Shown here one piece after another: positions 29,424 to 38,381 of a DNA stretch of 64,000 nt. Made by a program: the position numbers and the translations under genes. Every line of letters starts with the position of its first letter. The stretch's first letter is position 1. Source of the stretch: Planctomycetota bacterium (lineage in GTDB: Bacteria > Planctomycetota > UBA8108 > SXIK01); contig OZ244999.1 in NCBI GenBank assembly GCA_965223265.1, positions 800,001 through 864,000 of the forward strand, written 5' to 3'. The notes below the pieces were generated by a model. The model searched no databases, was not told where the DNA came from, and saw nothing but the letters and a program-made list of their open reading frames with translations.

Positions 29424-29467
29424 CCGAGACGGTGATCCGATTCCGATTGTGTCCGCTACCGTCTCGG
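29424..29467. terminator. Hairpin between convergent genes, possible bidirectional terminator
   Basis: Perfect 10-bp inverted repeat CCGAGACGGT/ACCGTCTCGG; no clear U-tract. Confidence 0.5.
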
Positions 29468-29470
29468 CGT

Positions 29471-30112
29471 CTACAGCTGGATTTTGCGCGCGTAAAACGC
29501 CTCTGCGTAGCCGTTCGGCGCGTTCGACTCCAACCCTCTCAGGCGCATCAGACCGGCGAAGGTCTCAGCAGCAAACCAGTGCTTCGTCGCTTGACTCGGA
29601 AAGCATTTGAGAAGTATCTCAATCTTCCTTTCGCGCTGCGCATCTGATACCGGGGCGAACACGTTCGGTGAGCCGAGATCGCCATCGTATTTCGGTATCT
29701 CGTATTCGAGGATGCAGTGATTTCGGAACGTGTTCCACGTCAGCTCCGAAACGAGTCGGTGGTCTTGATGGCGGTCGGCTCCGTAGTGGCAGAAGATTAA
29801 GTCTGGAGAGACTTCTTCTTTGAGTGCCTCGAAACGTTCTTTGACTGCGGCGCCGTCGTACGGAAAGAAACCGTCGCGGAAACCTTCGATCTTGATCTGT
29901 GCCGATTTCGCCGCGGCGAGGAAGCTCTCCGCGCTCGCCTGTGCTTCGTCGCGACGTGTGCCATTGGCGCTGAGGACGATCCACGTGAGCTCGATCGACG
30001 GACGTTCTTCGAGCAGTCGCAGCACCGTTGCGCCGCAACCGATTTCGATGTCGTCCGAATGGGCGCCTATGAGGAGCACGGAGCGGACCTGGTCGAGACC
30101 AAGTGAAATCAT
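29471..30112 (-). CDS. PIG-L/LmbE family deacetylase
   Basis: 'GAHSDDIEIGCG', 'DRHQDH', 'YEIPKYDGDLG', 'AEAF'; ATG at 30112 preferred over 30220. Confidence 0.9.
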   Translation of the reverse strand: MISLGLDQVRSVLLIGAHSDDIEIGCGATVLRLLEERPSIELTWIVLSANGTRRDEAQASAESFLAAAKSAQIKIEGFRDGFFPYDGAAVKERFEALKEEVSPDLIFCHYGADRHQDHRLVSELTWNTFRNHCILEYEIPKYDGDLGSPNVFAPVSDAQRERKIEILLKCFPSQATKHWFAAETFAGLMRLRGLESNAPNGYAEAFYARKIQL

Positions 30113-30374
30113 AGGGTGACGTAGCCAGTTGAGTCGTGGAATCGAGCGGGAAGAAGACGGCGCCATCGAGGGCCTGAAGACGCACGAATATACCCCAGCG
30201 TCCGCGAAAGATAACGGCAAGAAAAGCCTTCAGCTCGGCGATTTGCACGCCATGAGCGGCATTCTGGTCCGCCTCGGCGATGCTCACACGCGGTGAAGGA
30301 AAAGTCGTGCGAGGACCGTAGCAGAAATCGGCTCTGCACCGGTTCGGACTGGACTGGTTTCCACGCTACGGTTA

Positions 30375-32585
30375 TCAGCACTCGCTCGGGCCGCCCTCTG
30401 GCGCCGGCGCAGCCCATCGCGTCCGCGTCGCGGCGCGGTTCAGACGTTCACGCAGCCCCGTCAAGCGCTGCGCCTGGCTTTCGCGTTCGACGGCCAGCGA
30501 GAGCGCCCGCCGCGACCCGACGAGAATCAGCAGTTTACGAGCCCTCGTGACGCCAGTGTAAAGGACATTTCGGTGTAGCATCATGTAGTGCTGCGTGTGG
30601 ACAGGGATGACGACGGCTGGGTATTCGGAGCCCTGACTTTTGTGCACCGAGCAGGCGTACGCTAGCGTCAGCTCGTCGAGGTCGCTTGCACGGTATTCGA
30701 CTGTGCGACCGTCGAAGTTCACCCGTAGCATCCTGTCCGAGTCGTTGACGAAAACGATGCGTCCGACGTCGCCATTGAATACTTCTTTGTCGTAGTTGTT
30801 GCGGATCTGCATCACCTTGTCGCCAGCTCGAAATCGCCAACCGTAGCGACTGATCTCCGGTCCCGAGCTCGGATTGAGTAGCGCCTGCAATGTGTGGTTG
30901 AGGGCTTCCGAACCGAGCGCGGAACGCTTCATGGGTGTCAAGACTTGGATGTCGTCGATGGGGTCGAATCCGAATCGATTCGGGATCCGCTCCTTAGTGA
31001 GCTTGCAGATCTTGTCCACGGCGACCTCGGGCTCGTCGGCCTCGACAAAGTAGAAGTCGCCGAGTTCTTCGGGTTCGTAAGTCGTCTCGGGAAGATCGCC
31101 AGCGTGAATCCTGTGGGCATTTGACACGATGCGGCTCTGCGCAGATTGTCGGAAGATCTCAGTCAAACGGATGACCGGGACGGCTCGCGACTCAATGATG
31201 TCTTTCAAAACTTGACCGGGTCCAACCGAGGGGAGTTGGTCGACGTCGCCGACGATAACCACCGAGGCGTGGTTCGGGATCGCACGCAGGAAGCTGTGCA
31301 TCAATTTCGTGTCGACCATCGATGCTTCATCAAGAACAAACACGTCGCCGGTGAGCTGGCGGTCTTCGTTGTGAACGAAGCCGCGTGGAGGTCGGTATTC
31401 GAGCAATCGATGGATTGTCTTTGCCTCGCAGGCTGTGGCCTCGGCGAGCCGTCGCGTCGCCCGACCGGTCGGTGCGCAGAGGCGGCACGTGAGTCGCTTC
31501 GCTTCGAGAATCGCCACAAGGCTGCGGATGATCGTGGTCTTGCCAACACCGGGTCCTCCCGTGATGACCACGACCTTTGATTGCAGGGTTCGTTCAAGCG
31601 CCAGCCGCTGACTCGCTGCGAGTTCGACGCTAAGTTTTGACTGGATCCAGGTAACAGCCTTCGGTGCGTCGATCGCGGACATCGCGCGCGGTGCGGTGGC
31701 CAGACGCACGAGGTGGCGGGCGATGCCCCGTTCGGCATGAAAGAGCGGAGTCAAATAGACGAAGGTGTCATCGCCGATTTGATCGACGCTCACCTCACCG
31801 CTTTCCACGACTTCAAGACTCGACTCTTCCAACTCGCTAGGAAGCCGTTCGACAACCCGTGCGCTGCGCTCGATCCAATCGTCGCGTCGCGCCGCTGCGT
31901 GTCCCTCCGTCGCGAGCTCTTTGAGGCTAAAGAGGAGCGCTGCAGCCGCTCGCAGGCTCGAGTCGGGGAGAATTCCGAGGCTCATCGCGATGCGGTCAGC
32001 AGAACGGAATCCGATGCCATCGATCTCACGCGCCAGTCGATAGGGGTTGCGGCGCACGAGCTGCAGCGCCTCGGCACCGTACTTCTTGACGATTCGATTG
32101 GCCCGAGCCGTGCCGAGTCCGTGCGAATGCAGGAAGATCATCACTTCACGCACCGCCTGCTGATCTTCCCACGCCTCGACGATCCGCCGCGCCCGCTCTT
32201 CCCCGATGCCCGGCACACCCCGCAGCCTCTCAGGTTCCTTTTCGATGACGTCGAACACCTTTTCTCCGAACTCGCCGATCAGCCGTTCGGCGAGCTGCGG
32301 TCCGATGCCCTTCACCATCCCTGAGCCCAGGTATTTACTAGCACCCTCGAGCGTCGTTGGCCGTGAGGCGCGAAGCTCGTCGGCGCGAAACTGCCGACCA
32401 TGTTGTTGATCGATCGTCCATTCACCGATGGCATCAACATGGGCGCCTGGTACGACATCGGGCAAATGACCGACGACGCTGAACGGGCGCTGATTCTTCG
32501 TCCCCTTCACTTTGAGGACACAAAACCCACTCTCGGCGCTATGAAACGTTACGCGCTCGACCGTGCCCTCAATCGTTTCGCGCAT
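30375..32585 (-). CDS. recD2: ATP-dependent RecD-like DNA helicase
   Basis: HhH 'KGIGP' and 'PGIG', Walker A 'TGGPGVGKT', 'DEASMVD', 'GDVDQLPSVGPG', 'HKSQGSEY'. Confidence 0.95.
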   Translation of the reverse strand: MRETIEGTVERVTFHSAESGFCVLKVKGTKNQRPFSVVGHLPDVVPGAHVDAIGEWTIDQQHGRQFRADELRASRPTTLEGASKYLGSGMVKGIGPQLAERLIGEFGEKVFDVIEKEPERLRGVPGIGEERARRIVEAWEDQQAVREVMIFLHSHGLGTARANRIVKKYGAEALQLVRRNPYRLAREIDGIGFRSADRIAMSLGILPDSSLRAAAALLFSLKELATEGHAAARRDDWIERSARVVERLPSELEESSLEVVESGEVSVDQIGDDTFVYLTPLFHAERGIARHLVRLATAPRAMSAIDAPKAVTWIQSKLSVELAASQRLALERTLQSKVVVITGGPGVGKTTIIRSLVAILEAKRLTCRLCAPTGRATRRLAEATACEAKTIHRLLEYRPPRGFVHNEDRQLTGDVFVLDEASMVDTKLMHSFLRAIPNHASVVIVGDVDQLPSVGPGQVLKDIIESRAVPVIRLTEIFRQSAQSRIVSNAHRIHAGDLPETTYEPEELGDFYFVEADEPEVAVDKICKLTKERIPNRFGFDPIDDIQVLTPMKRSALGSEALNHTLQALLNPSSGPEISRYGWRFRAGDKVMQIRNNYDKEVFNGDVGRIVFVNDSDRMLRVNFDGRTVEYRASDLDELTLAYACSVHKSQGSEYPAVVIPVHTQHYMMLHRNVLYTGVTRARKLLILVGSRRALSLAVERESQAQRLTGLRERLNRAATRTRWAAPAPEGGPSEC

Positions 32586-32689
32586 GAAACATGCTCTCGA
32601 GTCAAGGTAGGACGATCAACGGAGTCCGACCAATTGTGCCATCGGCTCTCGATTCACTCTATTGAACCATTATGACGTGACGTGCAAAG

Positions 32690-33625
32690 ATGGCCAGGGT
32701 GCGTGGACTCCGTGAGGTCGTAGATTGGCGCCCGCCCACCGAGGAACACCAGTGTCGGAGGAGATTCCAGAGAGTGAGCCGTGCTGACGTCCTGGAAAAG
32801 ATTCGGATCGGCACCTCCGGGTGGTCGTACGGAGATTGGGTCGGCCCGTTCTACCCGCCGAAGACGGCGAAGGGAGACTTCCTGCCGTTTTACGCTGAGA
32901 AGTTCGATGTCGTCGAGATCGATTCGACGTTCTACGCCGTGCCGAGCTCACGCAACGTCGTCAGTTGGCAGCAGCGGACACCTGATCACTTCCGTTTTGC
33001 TACGAAGGTGCCGGGAGCGGTGACTCACGGCGCTCGAGGCGAGCGCCCCAACGTCGAGAAGGTTCTCCTCGATCCTGACGGCGAGCTCGATCGCTACCTC
33101 GAAACGATTCAGCTGCTAGGTGAGAAGCTGGGGCCGATTCTCTTTCAGTTTCCATACTTCAGGGTCAAGGAGCTCAGCGCCGAGGAGTTTTTCGCTCGCC
33201 TGGAGGCGACGCTCGCACGGCTGCCGGGCGAACTCAAGTTCGCTGTTGAGGTGAGGAATCGCGGCTGGTTGAACGGGCGGTTCTACGCGCTTTTGCGGGC
33301 TTACGGCGCCGCGCCTGTTTCGATCGATCACCCATACATGTCAGCACCGCTGGCTCAGTCGAAACAGGCAGAAGTAACGAGTGATTTTTCCTATGTCAGA
33401 TTGCTCGGGGATCGGTACGGAATCGAAAAGGTCACCAAGGAATGGGGCGAGACCGTGGTCGACAAATCTTCCCGTGTGAGCGAATGGGCTCAGGTGCTCC
33501 GCGGTCTTGCGCAGCGCGGCGACACGCGGCAGGTGTTCGTTTTTGCAAACAATCACTTTGCGGGTCACGCTCCCGCCACGTGTGCAGCGTTGCGTGACGC
33601 CTTGGCGGCGACCCACGAGAAGTGA
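32690..33625 (+). CDS. DUF72 domain protein
   Basis: 'RIGTSGWSY..W.G.FYP', 'VEIDSTFY', 'LFQFP', 'AVEVRN', 'FANNHFAGHAP'; true start may be GTG 32774. Confidence 0.9.
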   Translation: MARVRGLREVVDWRPPTEEHQCRRRFQRVSRADVLEKIRIGTSGWSYGDWVGPFYPPKTAKGDFLPFYAEKFDVVEIDSTFYAVPSSRNVVSWQQRTPDHFRFATKVPGAVTHGARGERPNVEKVLLDPDGELDRYLETIQLLGEKLGPILFQFPYFRVKELSAEEFFARLEATLARLPGELKFAVEVRNRGWLNGRFYALLRAYGAAPVSIDHPYMSAPLAQSKQAEVTSDFSYVRLLGDRYGIEKVTKEWGETVVDKSSRVSEWAQVLRGLAQRGDTRQVFVFANNHFAGHAPATCAALRDALAATHEK

Positions 33626-33644
33626 GGCTATTGCCCACGTCGAC

Positions 33645-33860
33645 GTAAACGCAAACGCCTACGCGCACTCCCACGCGCACTCCCACGCGCACTCCCACGC
33701 GCACTCCCACGCGCACTCTCACGCCCACTCTCACGCCCACTCTCACGCCCACTCCCACTCCCACTACTCCCACTCCCACTCCCACTCTCACTCCCACTCT
33801 CACTACTCTCACTCCCACTCTCACGCGCACTCTCACGCTCACGCTCACTCCCACTCCCCC
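33645..33860. repeat. Intergenic hexamer/dodecamer simple repeat (CACTCC/CACGCG)n
   Basis: ACGCGCACTCCC four times from 33661, then degenerate CACTCC/CACTCT units. Confidence 0.92.
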
Positions 33861-34544
33861 GGTCACGGTCTCGCAATCGCAATCCCGCATGGCATCGAAA
33901 CACTTCTCTTTTGCAACAATGGGGACAGACATGCCCATCGGCACGGGCGACGACGGCGGATACGGACGCAGTCACAGCGACATGGGAGGCGACCTTGACC
34001 GTCGCGGAGCGGAGTCGCTGGCGCACCGTCGAGTTTTTTCACTCAAGCGATGGTTTTCGCCGTTTGCAATCAGCCGGCCAGGAGTTACAAAACGAGTCGA
34101 GGAATTCGTGCTCGGACACGATGGTGTGTCGGAGCCAGGTGTCGCGCGTCGTTCGGGTCCAGGGAAGCAGGATGGGAATCCATGGTCGCAAGCGCTGGAG
34201 GTTTTCCCGGACCCGGTGGATCTGCCGGTTTCAGCTGGCGTCCGTTTCGAGACCCGCCGGCGTCGGCCCGCCAGGGGGTGACTCGACGCCCAGCGTCCGG
34301 CGCTTGCCGGCCGGCGGGCAGCGCCGGGTCGGGCCGTGTGCAGCAGAGAAGGTGGCCGGCTGCTGCGGCAGGGCCGAAAAGTTACCCTGTGACTGTTGAG
34401 CGTCGAGATTTTGCCGATAAGAGATGACTGTTGCCACAAGCGCGGCCTTTGCGGCCTCGGCCAGTGATCTGCCGAATTTTCGGCGGACGCCCGAGCCACG
34501 TACACGTAACGTGTGCACACCGAGCAGCCCATATCGATCGAGCA

Positions 34545-37136
34545 ATGCATACCGAACGATGGAGGAAGAGTCCGCTGTTCTACACCGACAAGCTGTCTAT
34601 CCATGATCCTGGCTGTGGTTTGCCGCCGCTTATAAGGTCAGGTTTCGGTCTTGCGGCGGCGATTGTCACGGCCGCCTCCCTTGTGGGGGCGCCGGTGGTC
34701 TCGTCACCCCTTTCCGGTGCTGAACCGGTTGCGACCGCGGGTGCTGGAGGCTCTTTTGGGTTCAAGGCCTTGGAAATCTTCAAGGCGTCAGCGAATACGT
34801 CGAGTCTCAGCGTCGCGGACGTCAACGGCGACGGAAGACTCGACTTTGTCTACCCTGACAACAATGAATCGACGTTTCGATTCCTTCTACAACGGGCGCC
34901 TGGCGATCCTCTTCCCGGGGAGGATGTCGACGGTGCGACGAAATCTGTCGTCAAGAGTTCCTTGAACGAAGTGAAGTCAGATCCGCGATTTCGGGTCGAG
35001 AAGTTCTATGCCGACGCGCATGTGAACTCCTTCGTGACTGCTGATTTCAACTCTGATGGCCGACCCGACATCGCGTACTACTCAGACCCACCTGAGCTCG
35101 TAGTGGTTCTGCAGGAGGAGCCGTGGGGTTCGAATCGTCGACGTTTCTCGATCAAAGATGGGAGCGAAAGCCCCTACGCGCTGGAAACAGCGGATCTCAA
35201 CGGCGATCAACGATCGGATCTGCTTCTTCTGAGTGACCACAAAACGTACTTGTTCTATCAAGACGCCAACGGCTCGTTGCAGCAGCCGGCGCTGATCTAT
35301 CACCCGGCTGCGGAGGCGTTCGACGTCGAGGCTGCGGATCTCAACGATGACGGTCGTCTCGACCTCCTCTATGTTGCGCCGCAAGCTGATGATTCCGTCT
35401 ACGTCCAGCTCCAGGGCGAGGGAGGGTTCAGCACCGCTCGAGTCGTCAGGTTGCGCGCCCTCAACTCTTGGTACGTGGCGCCATATCGATTCGGCCGAAA
35501 GCAGAAGGCGATCGCGACGCTGTTCGGTGTCGAGGCGGCGAGCCGGCGACTCAAGGTCCATCGTTGGGAGCGGCGTGATACGGATCACGGCGTCTCGTCG
35601 GCTAACATCGTCGCGCTCGGGCCGGATGGTGATCCGCGCAAACGGCGGCGATTGATTGCCGACGTCAATCTCGACGGTCGAGTCGATCTCGCCGTCAGCG
35701 TTGCGGAGACAGCCCAACTCCACGTTTACTTCCAAGATCAGCATGGCGAGCTGTCGACGCGTGAGACGTACGCGACCTTCGCAGCTGTGAACGGACTTCT
35801 CGCGGTTGATGTCGATGGGGATGGCTCTCGAGAGATTGTCGTCACCAGCGAACAAGAGAAGGCGATCGGGATCAGTCGCTGGGACGGCGCTCGATTGACG
35901 CTACCGAAGCGGTATTCGTTGGAGGAGCCGCCCCTTCTGCTGGCGCAACCGGCCGCGGCGAACGACGACAACCGTCTCGTGGTCGTCCTGAGTAAAGGGG
36001 CCAAGCGCGGGACATATGATCTCAGCGAGTACAGTTTCGTCGGCAGCGAGGCGACTGTGAAGCGCTCGGTCAACTTGAAGCTGAAGAGCCGCGCCGGCGA
36101 CGTTCGGCTCTTTGATGTGGAGGGAGACGGAGACCTTGACGCCCTCGTACTTGTGCCTTTCGCCCCGCCTGTGCTGGTCGTCAGTCAGAGCGATGCCGAC
36201 GGAGAGTTCGAGATCGCATCGGACGACGCGGCCGCAGGGCTTGGTCAGCTTAGCGGAGTGGCCGCCACAGCGATCCGGACGCTTCCCGCCAAACAGTTCG
36301 ATGCGGCGACAGCTTCTGACGATGGCAAGGGTGACGCCCTCGTGCTCAGCAAGGGCAGCTACGTCCGTTTCTTGCGTTACACCGACGGTCAGCTGACTGT
36401 CGTCGACCAGATCTCTGGACGTGATTCGAGTGCCAAGATCGCCAGCGCCACGCTTGTACAGCTTGACGACGATCCCGAGCCGGAGATTGCGCTCCTTGAC
36501 GGAGAACGGAGCGAGCTTGAGATTGTCGACCGCCTACAGGGTGGCGACTACGCACGGCTCCACACCCTACGCGTCCCCAAGATCGAACTCGAAGACGTCG
36601 TAGCACGCGATATGAATGGAGACGGCCGTGATGACCTCGTGCTTCTAGGCCAGCGCGTCGTGACGATCTTCTACCGCATCGACAGCGAGGCCGGATTTCG
36701 TGAGAGACAGAACTTCACTGTTGAGAAGCACGAAGAGATCGGTCGCCCGCTCGACCTCACTGTCGGCGACTTGAACGGCGATTCCCAGTCGGACGTGGTT
36801 CTGGCCACCGTGCCGCGTTACAATCTCCTTTGCCTCTCGGCTGAGGAAGAAGCGACAGCCGAAGGTTCTGAAGTGTCTGGCTCTGCTTCAGAGGAGGACG
36901 CGGCGCGGGAGTCTGAGCGCTCGCAGAGCGTTACGCTGAAAACACGGCTTGCGTTCACGCTGTTTGAGGAGAAGTCGTATATGCGTCGTGGCGGCGGCGG
37001 TGGACCCCGGTTCATGACGATCGCGGATGTCGATGGGGACCAGCTTGACGACTTGGTGCTCCTCATTCACGATCGAATTCTGCTTTATCTGCAAGATGCT
37101 GCGCCCAACAGCGACTCACATCACGGAGCTCAGTAG
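34545..37136 (+). CDS. Secreted FG-GAP/VCBS repeat protein
   Basis: Many 'D(V/L/F)(N/D)GDGR.D' repeats; signal-like 'FGLAAAIVTAASLVG'; start uncertain between 34431 and 34620. Confidence 0.88.
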   Translation: MHTERWRKSPLFYTDKLSIHDPGCGLPPLIRSGFGLAAAIVTAASLVGAPVVSSPLSGAEPVATAGAGGSFGFKALEIFKASANTSSLSVADVNGDGRLDFVYPDNNESTFRFLLQRAPGDPLPGEDVDGATKSVVKSSLNEVKSDPRFRVEKFYADAHVNSFVTADFNSDGRPDIAYYSDPPELVVVLQEEPWGSNRRRFSIKDGSESPYALETADLNGDQRSDLLLLSDHKTYLFYQDANGSLQQPALIYHPAAEAFDVEAADLNDDGRLDLLYVAPQADDSVYVQLQGEGGFSTARVVRLRALNSWYVAPYRFGRKQKAIATLFGVEAASRRLKVHRWERRDTDHGVSSANIVALGPDGDPRKRRRLIADVNLDGRVDLAVSVAETAQLHVYFQDQHGELSTRETYATFAAVNGLLAVDVDGDGSREIVVTSEQEKAIGISRWDGARLTLPKRYSLEEPPLLLAQPAAANDDNRLVVVLSKGAKRGTYDLSEYSFVGSEATVKRSVNLKLKSRAGDVRLFDVEGDGDLDALVLVPFAPPVLVVSQSDADGEFEIASDDAAAGLGQLSGVAATAIRTLPAKQFDAATASDDGKGDALVLSKGSYVRFLRYTDGQLTVVDQISGRDSSAKIASATLVQLDDDPEPEIALLDGERSELEIVDRLQGGDYARLHTLRVPKIELEDVVARDMNGDGRDDLVLLGQRVVTIFYRIDSEAGFRERQNFTVEKHEEIGRPLDLTVGDLNGDSQSDVVLATVPRYNLLCLSAEEEATAEGSEVSGSASEEDAARESERSQSVTLKTRLAFTLFEEKSYMRRGGGGGPRFMTIADVDGDQLDDLVLLIHDRILLYLQDAAPNSDSHHGAQ

Positions 37137-38330
37137 ATGTTGATCAACAGACCCGAACACAACCAGGCCGGCCTCGGGCGCAGAGGCATCATGAGAGCGC
37201 CGATCGCGGCGGCTCTGTCCTGCGTGCTTTGGACTGCAGCGGTGGCGGCCGATGAGGCGGGTGCAGAGGCGCCGGCCGGGGAGGGCGGCGCTGGTGGGGC
37301 TACAGCCGACGGCGCCGATAAGAATCCTGGCGTGTCTGGCGCCGACACTGTGGCTCAGGTCGCCCCGATCGTCTCGGTGGCAATCGGAAGCCGATGCGAG
37401 GTCCATCTGCAATCGGGAGCCTTGGTGCGCGGATCGCTGGCGAAGCGAACCGCGACCCGTGTTTTTGTCGATATCGGTTTCACGATCATCGAGCTCCCGC
37501 TGGTTCAAGTGCGCGAGATCAACGACCTCAGCGATGACGAGGCAACGGAGAACGCGCGGGCGCGACAAACCGTTCAGGCTGATTCGATCTTTTTCGGAGC
37601 TCGTTTGCAGCCGGGAACGATCGAGTCCAAAGCCCGTGAAGTGGGCGAGGCGGTTGTTCAGATTCAGTGTCTCGGCAAGCTAGGCTCTGGGTTCATCATC
37701 AATAAACGTGAAGGTTACGTCGTGACGAATTTTCACGTTGTGGAGCGAGAGCAGGATATCTCTGTTGTTCTCTACGTGAGCGAACAAAGCGGTTTTCGCA
37801 AGGTCAAGACCGACCAAGTGAAGATCATTGCGCTCAATTCTTTTTTCGACCTGGCGCTGCTTCAGATCCAGGACACCAAGGGAGTGGAGCTCAAGCAATG
37901 CTACCTGGGCGACTATGCGCGCGTTCGTGTCGGCGATCCAGTGTTTGCTGTGGGTAGTCCATTAGGGCTTGAGCGTTCGGTCTCCGAGGGAATCGTCAGC
38001 AATCGGAATCGAGCTCTTAGCGGCTACCTGCTCATACAGACAACCGCACCGATCAACCCGGGCAACAGTGGCGGACCGCTGTTCAATCAGCGCGGGGAAG
38101 TGATCGGTGTCACCAGCCTGAAGATTCGAGGCGGCGAATCGCTCGGATTCGCCATTCCGATTCATTACGTAAAGGATTTTTTGCGTCACCGTGACGCGTT
38201 TTCGTTCGACAAAGACAACCCGAATACTGGCATTCGTTACCTCGCTCCGCCACCGAAGTCGCCTGTAGAGACGACTGGGCAGGCGGCGGGCGCGGCGTCG
38301 TCTGCGGAAACCGACCAGCGGGGCTTGTGA
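37137..38330 (+). CDS. Trypsin-like (HtrA-type) serine protease without PDZ domain
   Basis: 'GSGFII', 'TNFHV', 'DLALL', 'INPGNSGGPL'; signal peptide. Confidence 0.92.
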   Translation: MLINRPEHNQAGLGRRGIMRAPIAAALSCVLWTAAVAADEAGAEAPAGEGGAGGATADGADKNPGVSGADTVAQVAPIVSVAIGSRCEVHLQSGALVRGSLAKRTATRVFVDIGFTIIELPLVQVREINDLSDDEATENARARQTVQADSIFFGARLQPGTIESKAREVGEAVVQIQCLGKLGSGFIINKREGYVVTNFHVVEREQDISVVLYVSEQSGFRKVKTDQVKIIALNSFFDLALLQIQDTKGVELKQCYLGDYARVRVGDPVFAVGSPLGLERSVSEGIVSNRNRALSGYLLIQTTAPINPGNSGGPLFNQRGEVIGVTSLKIRGGESLGFAIPIHYVKDFLRHRDAFSFDKDNPNTGIRYLAPPPKSPVETTGQAAGAASSAETDQRGL

Positions 38331-38381
38331 TACCCGAACGCATCTCCGAGACGATTGCGAAAAAAGGAAAGGAAGTACCGC

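Noticed and set aside
33645-33860. Possible CRISPR array
   Set aside because: Simple tandem repeat with no unique spacers, and no cas genes in the window.
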